A stretch of 64,000 nt of DNA from Raja brachyura (Eukaryota), in the NCBI GenBank assembly GCA_963514005.1, contig OY740810.1:12834001-12898000 (forward strand), read 5' to 3'. Shown one piece after another: positions 34,731 through 49,269 of this stretch; position 1 is the stretch's first letter; each line of letters opens with the position of its first letter. Position numbers and translations under genes: made by a program. The notes below the pieces were generated by a model that searched no databases, had not been told where the DNA came from, and saw nothing but the letters and a program-made list of their open reading frames with translations.

Positions 34731-35816
34731 TTAAAAATAAGGAAATTAATTTCAATTTTCATCTGATCATTTGATAATAAATCTATTTATACAGCCTGCT
34801 TTCATCTTGAATGGAAAATTGGCTAAGTAACTTGAAACAAATAATAGAATTGAACAATTGTTCTCAGAATGAAGGAAAGTATACATTCTGGTCTCCAGGA
34901 GTTGGTACAAGTACCTCTGCTTTTGTTAACTATTGACTTTACTTTAGAGTTGGGACTACAGAAAGCAATTTCTAAATTTGAGGATGACTTAAAACTTGTA
35001 TACATGGTGAACTATGAAGAAGAATGTGATAAATATCAAAGAGATATACAAGATGGTGAAATGGGAGTTGGAGAGAAGGGAAGATATGAGAAATCCAGAC
35101 TATTACATTTTGGTGGGAACAATGAGAAGAGGGAATATAAACAGGTGGATGTAAGTTTATAAGAGGCACAAGAGAGAAATTTGAAGGTACAGTTTGTACA
35201 CTGTTTATTGAAAATGGAATTGCAAATTAAGATAGTGCTTAAAAAAGCTTACACGAACAATTGGACAACAATGGAGATTTTAATAATGAAGGTTAAAAAT
35301 GGACAACAAGTAGAAGGTAGGACACAATAATGGTGTCCTATGTGTTGGCTCTATATAATTCTGCGAACGTACATTTCTGGATTTCTGGAACAATTACAGC
35401 AAAAGAGTGGACATTTGGCCCTACACATCCATGCTGGCTCTCTACCAGAGCAATTCACCAGACCCACCCCACCTGTCCTTTCTCAGTAACCGTACAATTA
35501 TTTTTCCACCATTTCCATTTTAATTGAACCTGCTTCTATTACATCTATAGGCAGTGTGTTCCTGATTCTAACTTCACTTGATAATTTAATTGAAAATAAA
35601 GTTAGGTTATTTTTTAATCTGCTCACTTCTTTGTGGGCATTACAGAAAGCAGTCCTGTCAATATTCATAGAAACATAGAAAGTAGGTGCAGGAGTAGGCC
35701 ATTCGGTCCTTCGAGTTGGCACCACCATTCAATATGATCATGGCTGATCATTCAGAATCAGTACCCTGTTCCTGCTATTTCCCCATATCCTTTGATTCCA
35801 TTAGCCTTAAGAGCTA

Positions 35817-37366
35817 CAGTGGCTTGCAAAAGTTTTCATACCCCTTGAACTCTTCCACATTTTGTCACGTTTACAACCACAAACGTAAATGTATTTTATT
35901 GGGATTTTATGTGATAGACCAACACAAAGTGGTGCATAATTGTGAAGTGGAAGGAAAATGATACATGGTTTCCAAATGTTATTACAAATAAAAAACTGAA
36001 AAGTGTGGCGTGCAAAAGTATTCAGCCCCCCGAGTCAATACTTTGTAGAACCACCTTTCGCTGCAATTACAGCTGCAAGTCTTTTGGGGTATGTCTCTAC
36101 CAGCTTTGCACATCTAGAGTCTGAAATTTTTGCCCATTCTTCTTTGCAAAATAGCTCAAGCTCAGTCAGATTGGATGGAGAGCGTCTGTGAACAGCAATT
36201 TTCAAGTCTTGCCAGAGATTCTCAATTGGATTTAGGTCTGGACTTTAACTGGGCCATTCTAACACATGAATATGCTTTGATCTAAACCATTCCATTGTAG
36301 CTCTGGCTGTATGTTTAGGGTCGTTGTCCTGCTGGAAGGTGAACCTCCGCCTCAGTCTCAAGTCTTTTGCAGACTCTAACAGGTTTTCTTCCAAGATTGC
36401 CCTGTATTTGGCTCCATCCATCTTCCCATCAACTCTGACTAGCTTCCCTGACCCTGCTGAAGAAAAGCATCCCCACAGCATGTGCAGTGTTAGTTTTCCA
36501 CCACACATAGCGTTTTGCATTTAGGCCAAAAACTTCCATTTTGGTCTCATCAGACCAGAGCACCATCCTCCACATGTTTGCTGTGTCCCCCACATGGCTT
36601 GTGGCAAACTGCAAACGGGACTTCTGATGGCTTTGTTTCAACAATGGCTTTCTTCTTGCCACTCTTCCATAAAGGCCCGATTTGTGGAGTGCACGACTAA
36701 TAGTTGTCCTGTGGACAGATTCTCCCACCTGAGCTGTGGATCTCTGCAGCTCCTCCAGAGTTACCATGGGCCTCTTGGCTGCTTCTCTGATCAATGCTCT
36801 CCTTGCCCGGCCTGTCAGTTTAGGTGGGCGGCCATGTCTTGGTAGGTTTGCAGTTGTGCCATTTTCGGATGATGGATTGAACAGTGCTCCGTGAGATGTT
36901 CAAAGCCTGGGATATTTTTTTATAACCTAACCCTGCTTTAAACTTCTCCACAACTTTATTCGTGACTTGTCTGGTGTTGTCCTTGGGCTTCATGATGCTG
37001 TTTGTTCACTAATGTTCTCTAACAAACCTCTGAGGCCTACACAGAACAGCTGTATTTATACTGAGATTAGATTACACACAAGTGGACTCTATTTACTAAT
37101 TAGGTGACTTCTGAAGGCAATTGGTTGCACTGGATTTTATTTAGGGGTATCAGAGTAAAGGGGGCTGAATGCTTTTGCACGCCACACTTTTTTATTTGTA
37201 AAAAAAATTTGAAAACCATGTATCATTTTCCTTCCACTTCACAATTATGCGCCACTTTGTGTTGGTCTATCACATAAAATCCCAATAAAATACATTTATG
37301 TTTGTGGTTGTAACGTGACAAAATGTGGAAAAGTTCAAGGGGTATGAAAACTTTTGCAAGCCACTG
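35817..37366 (-). mobile_element. Tc1-family DNA transposon with TIRs of about 210 bp, decayed
   Basis: CAGTGGCTTGCAAAAG...CTTTTGCAAGCCACTG termini. TA on the left, CA (mutated TA) on the right. Inner TIR ends near 36030 and 37160. Confidence 0.95.
36035..36993 (-). pseudogene. Tc1 DD34E-type transposase pseudogene
   Basis: MKPK..start, [21 protein letters not shown] and SPDLNPIE motifs; two internal deletions with frameshifts and a premature TAA in WPS*SPDL. Confidence 0.93.
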
Positions 37367-38041
37367 CATATCTAACTCTCTCTTGAATACATTTTAATGG
37401 ATTCTTTCCAGTTTTACACACCATACCCACATAGCTGAGTAAACTCGCATCTGACAGTTGTAATGATATTGACTGAAACGAGGCCCATTGTTTTGACCAT
37501 TAGTATGTCCATGGCGATTGGTTGCTGTTAACAAAATTAATAGTAAAAAAAAATCGAAATTCTTTGAGGGATCTCAGATGGCAGCGAGAGTTGGTCTACT
37601 TACATTGAGGTAAGGTGCCACAATGATACCCCCTCTCTCAGCACACCTCTGTAATGCTAAAAATGGGTGGTGGGTTCTCACTAAAGCCATTTCAAGCCGC
37701 TTCAGATAACATGAAGAGCTAATGTTGTTGTTTTGATGTTGATGTTTTGCCTCTTGTCAGATCACATATCACAATCACAGCAATTTTTAGGTTACGATGT
37801 GAGCAAATATTGGTGATGACTACATTTTCATATATTTAAATTGATATCTGGATTATTTTTATTTGAAAAGCAGATTCAATAATAACTTACGAATGGACAT
37901 TACATAAAAATTATGAAGAGGAAGAAGCTTTAGAACAGTGGTTCTAAATAGCAGGTGAGTGGGACCTCCTGGATTGCTCTTTCAACAGGCAAGAGCAGAA
38001 AGGCAGTTTCTGACCCGTATGTTTTTGCTGCTAAATCATTA

Positions 38042-38230
<189 letters not shown>

Positions 38231-38391
38231 NNNNNNNNNNNNNNNNNNNNNNNNNNNNNNNNNNNNNNNNNNNNNNNNNNNNNNNNNNNNNNNNNNNNNN
38301 NNNNNNNNNNNNNNNNNNNNNNNNNNNNNNNNNNNNNNNNNNNNNNNNNNNNNNNNNNNNNNNNNNNNNNNNNNNNNNNNNNNNNNNNNNN
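38231..38391. other. Assembly gap (161 N)
   Basis: Run of N starting 15 nt into the intron upstream of the exon ending at 38216. Confidence 1.
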
Positions 38392-39563
38392 ATTGATAAG
38401 CTTTCTTCCTTAAGAGTAAGGACCCAATTATTTTCTAGATATAAATTAATGATAAGTTAATAAAAGTAATTTATGTTCAGCATAAAAATATCAAACTACG
38501 TAGCTTATATCAGTTCAATTATTTAAAGAGAAAATTATGTCAATTTCAATGTTTAACTATTTCAATTAAGAGACTTCCTAATGAGTACATGAGTGGGTGA
38601 ATATTAAGCAAAGAAAAAAGCATATTGCAAATATATAGTGGGTCAGATAGTATCACAAAAACGGAACAAAATATTTAATGAAATAATTGAATAGAACAGC
38701 AAAACCATTGCAATAATAATGCTTTGCATCTAACATATAATAGCAAAAGAAATAATGAACAAACAGCTTGGATTTTTCCACCGGCCAGCAAATCTGCTGA
38801 TTTTGCAACCAATTTGTGGGTTTTTTTAAGCTAATGTCGAGGAGCACCTATCGCTGAACCTTGGGTTGACATAATTCTGCAGACATTTCGGCAGATATAG
38901 ATCTCTTGAATCAATTAAATCGTGTCTGCCTATGTGGCCATGGCCATGAAAAATCACCAACCTCAAATCTTAACTTTTTCTCTCTACAGATGGAACCCAC
39001 TAGGCTGATCATTGCCAGTATTTAGCTTCTATTCCATATGCCCAGCACCCAAAGTTATTTTGCTTTCACACATTTATTTGGACATAGATTGGATTAGTTG
39101 TATGATGCCATAGGTATATCATCATTTCCCCCCACAAGGACAGAGATTTTTGTATGGACTTTCAAACATGTGCATGCACACTTTCATATAAGAGCACCAC
39201 CTTGAAAAGATGCACCTTTGAGGGCTCTGTTTTGCAACAGTGGGCTTACTGTTTCAGGGAATAGTAGGTAATTGAAAAAAAATGTCAGGGACAGTGGGTT
39301 TCTAAGTGCAGGATATGGTCAAAGTAGGTTCATTTCTCACCTACTGCAATTCGTATGCATGTGCTGCCTTGTTTTGAGATGGTAGTCTCAGCGCAGATGC
39401 AGATGGAGTGGTCTATGGCAGGGTACGTATCAGCAAAGCCTAAATTATATTGTTGCCCGTGGGTATTTCAGCAGTCAAAGCAAGAATGTAAATAGTTGGC
39501 TCAATCTCTGCTAAAACTACACAGATTGGATCACATAGTAGTGCCAGAAAGTGAAATAAGAAG

Positions 39564-39697
39564 GGGTGGGAGATTGCAACCTTCACGTGGTCCACCCTGT
39601 TTCAACTAATGCAATCAACCCGGCGTGCACAATCAAATAAGATCAAATAGAACAAGTTGTCCTCCAACTTTACGCTGTGCATGCCATATGCAAGAAG
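39564..39697 (+). mobile_element. Short retroposed insertion with an (AAG)n tail and a 15-bp TSD
   Basis: AAGTGAAATAAGAAG at 39549-39563 and 39698-39712. Confidence 0.75.
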
Positions 39698-41511
39698 AAG
39701 TGAAATAAGAAGAATTAGCAAAAGGAGAAATAGCATGCATGAGTGTTCTTACAGAGTATTTAGTATATATTTTGACTGGCATCATACCTTTTTTTGTGAC
39801 TTGTTTACTTTTTAATGTGTAGTCAATGTTGCAATTTGGTACGGTAACAGCATTTACCATACAGGACAGGGACATGGATAGGAAAGGTTGAGAGTGATAT
39901 GGTCAGATGCAGACTAACGCACGTCGTAGTCCTCCTGGATAAATTGTGCTGAACGGCCTGTATGACTATGTAAGTCTATGAATGGTCTTGGGATCAATTT
40001 GTTTGGGAAAGGGGCTAGGGTCTGAGGTTTTGACACAAACCTACAGACTTATGTAGAAAAATAATTTAATTTGACCATTTAACACAATAAAATTGCCAAC
40101 CATGCAAGTTCCTTGCATGACTCATACATTCAGATTGTGAAGTCGGTGGAATGGAGAAAGCTTCCAGATATGTAGTCACTTTCATTGCAATTAGAATTCA
40201 GCCTTAAGTTTAATGGTGTACAAGTTTAACACTGCCCCAGTATGCTTGTGCATTTAAATGAGCTCTGATAGTAGTTTGATACTTCATAGCTTCATCAACT
40301 TTTATTACTACATTTAATTATTTATATGCTTACATTTTCATTTGTCTTTACTGTTCTACCTTAACTCTTAAATAAATGGTTGTAATTCCCCCACAAAATG
40401 AACCATTTCAATATAATGAAGTAATTTGTCTTCTATCCACCAATCTTTCTGTACTTTATTGCACTCCTCAACCTTATGTGCACTGTTCTGTCATTTGGCA
40501 ACAACTGTCTTCAGATCCCATTTTCTATTGTCCTGTGAACTTAGGGCAGTTATAAAACAACTGTTGAAAGGAGTTTACAGTATTTTTGATATTAATAGTC
40601 TAACTTCGGGAATGCTTATTCACTAAAATCTGCTGATGCATAGAAGGCATGTGGTTTATTTTGTGATTCTATGACAGTTAACTTATTATATGTGTACTGA
40701 TTATTTTCAAGTGTGATATTAAACGTCAGTCCTAAGATTGGCAGGGTAAATATAAATTTTGGTTAGAGATACTAAACAGGTTAATAAATAGGTTTTAATT
40801 TTTGGCATAATTCATCAGGAGTAAAATGCATTTGAATCCACAATGTATCTCCATTCTGACAAGGAAATGTCAAATGTTGGCAAAATTAAAGAAACATTTG
40901 AGTAAATTGTTATTGAGAAATAAAAACTGAATGAAAACTAAATTCTATCATTACTTAATAAACACTATTGTTCCAAAAGTAAATTGTGAATACCTATTAT
41001 ATTACTCATTTGCAACATGATTGTAGGATTTGATATTACTGAATAATTGTGAATGAGTGAATGTGTGAATGAGAGAAATTAGCAATTTCTAAATGCCATT
41101 TGGAGATATTCGGATCATTGTTAAAAGACACTATTTCAGGGTGCTAAATTTCTTGGTGCTCTTTAATCCTGCGCTAATCCCATTTATTGTCCCCATATTC
41201 CAATCAGCTCCCCGCAAATGTTACCATTGGCCTACATTCTAGGGGCAATTTAAAGTTAATTCATCAACCTGCATGTCTTTGGGATGCAGGAGGAAACCCA
41301 GAGGAAATTGGTGTGATCCAGGGAGAATATGCAAACTTCACAAACAGCATCATCAGCAGGATTGAACCTAGGTTCCTGAGCAGAGGAAGCAGCTCAATTA
41401 GCTATACCACTATGCTGCCCTAGCCAAAGAGAAGTACCAAAGAGAAAGTTGTGCACTTCCACTAGAGATCAGTCCTGCTGAAGATAAAGCACCACGCAAG
41501 AGAGTCTTAAG

Positions 41512-42190
41512 TAGAAACATAGAAAAAATAGGTGCAGGAGTAGGCCATTCAACACTTTAAGTCAGCACCGGCATTCAATATGATCATGGCTGATCATCCA
41601 AAATCAGTACCCCGTTCATGCTTTCTACCCATATCCCTATTCCGTTAGCCCTAGGAGCTATATCTAACTCTCTTGAATATATCCAGTGAATTGGCCTTCA
41701 CTGCCTTCTGTGGTAAAGAAATCCACAGATTCACAACACTCTGGGTGAAAAGGTGTTCCCTCATCTCAGTCCTAAATGGCCTACCCCATATTCTTAAACT
41801 GTAACCCCTGGTTCTGGACTCCCTCAAATTTTTTCCTGCATCGAGCCTGTCCAATCCCTAAAGATTTTTTTAATGTTTCTATAAGATTTCCTCTCATCCT
41901 TCTAAATTCCAGTGAATATAAGCCCAGTCGATCCATTCTTTCATCATATGTCAGTCCCGCCATCCCAGGACTTAACCTAGTGAACCTTTGCTGCACTCCC
42001 TCAATAGCAATAATGTCCTTCCTCAAAATAAGAGACTAAAACTGTACACAGTACTCCAGGTATGGGCTCACCAGGGCCATGTACATCTGCAGTAAGACCT
42101 ACTTGCTCCTATACTCTAATCCTCTCACTACAAGGGCCAACATGCCATTTGCTTTCTTCATTGACTGCTGTACCTGCATGCTTACTTTTG
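41512..42190 (-). mobile_element. CR1-type LINE 3' fragment with (TTTCTATG)n-type tail
   Basis: RKDIIAIEGVQQRFTRL.PGMAGLTYDERM.RLGLYSLEFRRMRG; KKANGMLA. Confidence 0.9.
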
Positions 42191-42255
42191 CTGAAATACT
42201 TTTACTGAAGTACTGAAACTTTAGTAGTACTGAAACTTTAGAAGTACTGAAACTG

Positions 42256-42403
42256 GCCCTTGTGGCTAAAGGGATCAGGGGGTATGGAGAAAAGGCAGGT
42301 ACAGGATACTGAGTTGGATGATCAGCCATGATCATATTGAATGGCAGTGCAGGCTCAAAGGGCCGAATGGCCTATTCCTGCACCTATTTTCTATGTTTCT
42401 ATG
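42256..42403 (+). mobile_element. CR1 3' tail fragment, inverted relative to 41512-41650
   Basis: GATGATCAGCCATGATCATATTGAATGG...GGCCGAATGGCCTATTCCTGCACCTATTTTCTATGTTTCTATG. Confidence 0.85.
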
Positions 42404-42495
42404 TTTAGTGTCAACTAAGTGAGTGTTTCTTAAAAATAGCAATTTTACCCAAATACTGACCACACTAGGAGATCAATTATTAAAGGAACACTTAC

Positions 42496-42622
42496 GCTGG
42501 GTACTCTGGGACAGAATTCTTGAAAGCTGGGAGGTCTTTTACATATTCATTATACAGCCACTTGACTTTGAAGTGTAAATTCATATAATCTGCACTTTTG
42601 CAAAGTCTTTGTTTCTCATGTT
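42496..42622 (-). CDS. unc13a: unc13a exon ([43 protein letters not shown]), 127 nt
   Basis: ttcag acceptor, GTAAG donor. Confidence 0.95.
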
Positions 42623-43390
42623 CTGAAAGACAACAAATGATCGTAATGTTTGTCATGCTTTTGTCATAAGAAAATGAAAATGTTGTACATAATTAATATA
42701 GTTTTTCTCCAAAACTAGAAGTGTGTGATGCCTTACATATACAAGTCATATTTTAATGTGCAACAATGATTATGTAGGCAACAATCACATCTTGCAAGTG
42801 CTATATATATTCAGATGCAATAGATAATACATGAAAAAAAATTATTAATCAAAAATAGGTCATTTAAGACTTACTGCATCGTTTTTAGTGTCCATTTAAA
42901 GTCCAGTTAGTATATAAACAAATTAACAATATTTTTTTAGCACTGAATGCATTTGGTTTTGAAAATAATCAAAAGGTATCAAATCCTTAGCCAACCATAA
43001 TTATATTTTGTATGTTTTTTATGAAATCCCTAATACTTTGGTTTCTCTCTTTGGTAAATTTGCAACCAAGAGATATTATTTTTCATTGTGATGATTCTGA
43101 AGTATCAACTAATTCAATATGAAGTACAGATATTGATTGCTCCCACTTTGATATTTGTCTGATATGTAATACATTTTTTGAGAAGCCACAATTTACATAT
43201 GGAAGTTACTGAACAAAGATCTCAGAATTAAATACAATATTGACATTGAGTATTTAGACATTAAACAAATTATTTCCCCAAACTAAATGAGGAATAAAAT
43301 AATATTGTGGCTTGTATGCAGACAGAAGTTTTTCATAAAATAAAAGAACAACTTGCACATTGCCATCTTGTAAGCCATAAATATTAATCA

Positions 43391-43516
<126 letters not shown>

Positions 43517-43899
43517 TTAAATGATAAAGGGTGATACTGTATTAGATATAGTTTTGTATCTTTGTGTTTGCCAATTTAAGATCAATTTTTCATTGTATAT
43601 TTCTACACTTGTAGCATAATTTAACTTTATACAAATACTACAAGAGTTAATCAGCACTTCTTCTAAATTGAATTGGCCTACAAAAACATAAACACCTTTC
43701 ATCCCCTAAATGTTCTTTCTTTCAGCTGCAGCCATGAACGTGATGGGAATCACCAGCAGATCATTCACTGGTAACTTCACCAGGTTCCCATCAGACAATA
43801 AGGAAGACCCATCTACATGACTGCTGCTGGATAAATTACCCTTCAAATCTCACAATATTCCACCTTGTAAATATGTGGCTAATTCTATATTGGATTAAA

Positions 43900-44700
43900 A
43901 ATCAAGTCAGGAGTGTTTATTTGTCATATATATAGACAAGGAACAACGTAATTCTTACTTGCAGCAGCCTAACGGGCCTGTAACACAATACACATAGATA
44001 ATATACAATAAATTAATAACCCGAATACTAGTGCTAAAAAAAAGCCCAAAGTCCTTTGTGCGACCCAAGACAGTCCATAGATCATTGGTTAGTGTCATGT
44101 CGTCTTCAGGAGCCTTTGGTTGTTGGGAAGAAACAATTCTCAAACCTCGTGGTCCAGGTTATAATACTCCTTTACCTGCCAATGGTTGGTATGAAATGGG
44201 AGCGTGGCCAGGGTGGTGTGTGTCCTGGAACATTCTACCCAATGGCACTGTGGGGGTACATTCACCTCAAGGGCTGCAACTGGTCTAGAATCAGCTCATT
44301 TCACCATTTTTCACCACTTAAGAGATTTGCAATAAATGTTGGTCTTGTCAGTCAAACCTCTGAAACATAGCCAACATTTTTCTGCAATCATGCCTCTTAA
44401 GAAACTTGTGGCAATTATTTTTATATGCAGATGAATACTTTATTGTCACATGCGACAAGTCACAGTGAAAATCGTTGCTTGCATACCCAAGGTATGCAAA
44501 TAGTTGCCCATAAAGGGCTCTTTCAAAGTTACAAAGAAATCCCGCGCCAAGTCCCCCTTTGTTCTCCTCCCGCCTCACGGACGTCCCCCCACACCGGGTC
44601 TTCCATTGTCCTTCTCTCCCCTTAAGATGGTCCCCCCACGCTGGACCCATTGTTCTTCCCCCTCCCTCACGGCGGTACTCCCACGCCGGGTCCTCCTTCG
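43900..44700 (-). mobile_element. Cluster of Rex1/Babar-like 3' fragments (about 43900-44180 and 44435-44700) interleaved with an older + strand LINE tail
   Basis: TTTAT(T)TGTCA tail motifs on the + strand, ATTCTTACTTGCAGCAG; the older tail resembles 24050-24220 and 11070-11270. Confidence 0.5.
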
Positions 44701-45061
44701 TTCCTTCCTATACATAGTAAGGATATTATTTAAATGTGTGCTGCCTATGCCAATAAGTATATAAAGTGTAGATAAAGTAATTGAGCAATTAAACATAGAG
44801 GGTTTTCTGTTATCTCTTAATTTAAATATTGCTGCAGCTGAATAGCAAAGATGTTTAGCCCACATTGCACCATCAATATCTTATAGACAAAAATCACATT
44901 TATCACTTCCTGCTGATTTTTATTATGGCAGATGGCTAACTAGCAAAAGCTACCATCTGAGGCTAGCAGGCAATTCAACACCTGCTTTAAGATCCATACA
45001 TATTAAATATTTTATAAACAGCACTTATTTTATCTGTAAACTAACAAAAATATGAACTTAC

Positions 45062-45195
45062 TGATTGAGGCAGTGAGTGTATGAATTCTTGTCCTCTTCT
45101 ATGATTGAAACAATCAGTGTGATAAGTTTGGACCAAAAGTCCAAATTTCTGGTGCTAGGCCCTTGCTCTTCTGGGGGAACCTCTGCCTTTTTATT
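45062..45195 (-). CDS. unc13a: unc13a exon ([45 protein letters not shown]), 134 nt
   Basis: ttcag acceptor, GTAAG donor, phase 0 to 2. Confidence 0.95.
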
Positions 45196-45654
45196 CTGAA
45201 GAATCAAACAGATTCAGGTGGGTATAAAAATACCTTTTTTACAAGCATGATAGATTACCAATCTAAATACACCCATGAATTAAAACTTCCAATGTGGTGA
45301 ATATCATGTTGTAATGCGAGTCTTACATCTTTCTACTCTTTCAATGATGTGGAATTCTAATTTTAAAGTTGCCATAGTAACTCAAAGATTGGATTATTCT
45401 ATTCCCACTAAGTATCAGAATGTATTGGAATAGAACATGAATAACACAGATGGCTTTTAATTAACACTTGCACTAAAATCTTTGCAAATTTATTTTTATT
45501 AGATGCAATACTTCTGCAAGGACTCACGGTTATTCATTAGTATAGCTACACTTTAGTTATATTATATTGCCTAATAAAGAAATCCATTTCCAGATTCTTG
45601 CCCAGAAAAGCAAAAAAATATTCATATTAAAATGCTATATAAATCTTTTCGTCA

Positions 45655-45938
45655 TTTAGTTTAGAGATACAGCATGGAAACAGGCTCTTCAGCCCAGCGA
45701 GTCGACCATTGATCACCTCTTCACACTAGTTTCCATGTTATCCCACTTTCTACGCACTAGCGACAATTCACAGAAGCCAATTAACCTACAAACCTGAACA
45801 TCATTGGGATGTGGGAGGAAACCGAACTACCCGGAGTAAAGCCACACGGTCATTGGGAGAACGTGCAAATTCACACCCGACGTCAAGATTGAACCCAGGT
45901 TTGGTACTGTCAGGCAGCAGCTCCACCACTGCGCCACC
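45655..45938 (-). mobile_element. HE1/V-SINE-like copy
   Basis: Full head, V-domain and tail layout. Confidence 0.8.
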
Positions 45939-47138
45939 CCTTCTTGCATTAATTCAATAGATATTTGACACCCATATCTGAACTAATAAGTATAAGCTTA
46001 AGGATTGGCAGAGGCATGGAAAACGCAGAATTCTATTCAGTTATGTCATGCAAAGATCCTAGTACCCAAGAGAAATGCTAAACTTATGCAACAACAAAAG
46101 ATTAAATTTTATGCAAATTGTACATTAAATCAATAAGCAATAATCAAAAAGATAATTGACTGTGAATGACTAGCCCCTTACTCCAATTTGGTCGACTTGA
46201 ACAAGGTGGGCCGAAGGGCCTATTTCTGTGCTACATAGCTCTATGATTCTGTGACATTCTATAAATAACCAAGAGAAAATAGATGTTAAGTTTGGTTTAT
46301 TATTTTAGCCAATATTACCACAAGATATTCGGGATTCTCTTGTATTCTACATTCCCTTTCCTTTTCATTTTCTTGATGCTGCTGAATTCTTAAATATTCC
46401 AAAATTCTTAGCTTTACTGCACATGCCTCATACCTTTATCATTTGCTTTGTTCAGATTTAAGACCCTAGTTTCAGATTGAACCAAGTCACTTTGAATCTT
46501 TATATACATCTGACATTTTAATCATTGTTTGCTAAATGCCACACATTATTAGATTATTAATTAGGAAATCTGTACTCACAATGGCTTATCAACTAACACT
46601 GCGATCTTCCAATACTTCTTACTGATGCTGTGCATTAAATAGATGGTATTTGGCACATTTCATGTGATAAATGTTCTGGCATGCACACTGTACTAAAGCT
46701 GTATGCTCTGAAATTGAATTTTAGGCCCAGGTGCATTGGACTATTATTGATGTATTATATGCAGGTTCAAAGTCTAAGGTTATAAAGGTAGCCTTAAGGG
46801 AACTTCAAACATTATAAAGAAACCATCTAATTATTTTTAATGTAATGGGGCCAAACCACCACATTCCTTGAAAGTAAATGGCCACTGCTGCTAATGAGGT
46901 ATCATTTTATTATTATACAGAGCCTTCCAAAATATCAGTGTATTTTAATAAGAATACTGCAGTAAATTAATTTTATCCAAGTTCTTCCATAGTTAAAAAT
47001 ACAAGTATGGGCTGAACGGATATGCTCCTCTCAGTATAATAAAACCTAATTGCATTCTAAAGTGTGTACCTCTTGAAAAGTGTGCAGTTAAAGCTAAAGT
47101 GGTGTGTCAAATTACACAAATGCTGATAGAATTTCTTA

Positions 47139-47303
<165 letters not shown>

Positions 47304-48253
47304 CTATGAGAATGAAATATGTTTGAAGATTTCTAAGATTGCTTTTTGTCCTTTTAAATACCTTCATCAAACAGTACTCTGATGGTGTTGCCCTGTAGAT
47401 ATTCCATATGTATAAGAATCATTTTACAAAGCTGTAAACCTTACTCAGCGGCATTTTATTTGTTTTAATGAAAACCTTTTTTTCTTACATTGAAAAACAG
47501 ATATAATTCAAATCTATGTTCTCAGTGGGCAGCTATGATCTATTTTAAGTGTATAATTAAGAAAACACAGCATACTAATATTGTGAAATAGCTATTCATA
47601 CAAAATGGAGCTGATTTACCAACTTTCATTTGATTTTCTGGTCCTATCCAACATGAAATTTGCTTAAGATAAACACAAAATGCTGAAATAACACAGCGGG
47701 ACAGACAGCATCTCTGGAGAAAATGGATCAGGTTTTCAGACTGCAATCTGCTTAATCATCCAAAACTGAATTCTCTTAAATACCCTTCGTTTTGCAATTC
47801 ACATCGGATCGTCATTATATAAATATGTCCTGAATGATTCAAATATTTTATCCTCCCCACTTATAACAATATCTTTACAATTTAAAAACAAGAACTTTCC
47901 AAAGATTCCTATTTGCTTTCTTGTGATTAATTTTAAGAGCATCTGTTCAACATCCTATAATTGGACAGGATTGCAATGTTGATTGATTCAGTTAAGGGAT
48001 CAGGCTAGTTGTTGGGCAGATGATATTCCAACAAAAGGTTTTTAAACTAGTTTAAAAGATCACATAAACATTGTTTAGAAGTTATTTATGCTTGAAATTC
48101 CTATCCTTTGTGTTAATTGGTCAACGTAGGGTAACCAGCCTCTAATCAGCAATAACTCCAGATGATAAGTCTTAATCTTTAGGAATGCATTTTGGTCGAC
48201 TTTCCCTAGTTTCAAACTACAAAATCTGTATTCATTAAATATTAATTCTATTA

Positions 48254-48481
<228 letters not shown>

Positions 48482-49269
48482 TTATGGTAGACATGTATTC
48501 TCAGTCATTGAATGCATGCATGCAAGGAATCATATGCTCATTGTACTCCATTCTTAAACTTCGACTCCAGATGGAACTAACATGTACGCTCAGGAAGCAT
48601 TATTAGAACATCCACTTAATGGACTCAGCTGAGGATGAATTTCACTAAAATATTCAAACTAGGAAATTATTTTAATGTTATTGTTAAAAAGGTAATTCTT
48701 ATTAGTTATTGAACTCGTCTCAGCATTTTGCTCTCTCCAATGTGTTGTAATACATGCACATAAGGAAGTTATGCAAAATATGAAAATAATAATTTACTTT
48801 CAAATTTCGAACTTAGCTTTACCAGCCAATTATATTTCATTCCTACCACTAATGCATGGAACAGGTGACATTAAATTATATGGCAATATTATAAATGTAT
48901 CAGAAACCGTGCTTCTGTGCAGACATCATTGTTTATCAATATTCTATGGTTCAGTAGATTCAGTCATAGCACAAAAAAAAAAATCAACTTTTATAGTGGC
49001 CTCTGGTAGAAGGAAAAAGATTCAACAAGGCAGTAGGACGGGAAATTGATCTCTGCTGTGACCCTTATTAATCAGCAAAACCGAGGAGGATTGAAATACA
49101 ATCAATAGACAGTTCCTTGTTAAATGTTAAACTTGTTTCAAGACAAGTTCATAAAATAAGTTACAACCAAGGATCGACTCTCTAGATTTTTACTTTTGGT
49201 GTTTCAGCAGCAAAACCCAAGGGTTTCCTGCACTTATTGGAAACACTGGGGCAATCAACAAAACCGATT

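Larger units (their letters stand above)
35666..37390 (-). mobile_element. CR1 3' tail fragment split by the Tc1 insertion
   Basis: TTAGCCTTAAGAGCTA|Tc1|..TATCTAACTCTC rejoins to match the uninterrupted copy at 41645-41675. Confidence 0.8.

Noticed and set aside
41048-41072. TGTGAATG-type repeats resembling TDP-43 sites
   Set aside because: On the + strand, so antisense to unc13a; short simple repeat.
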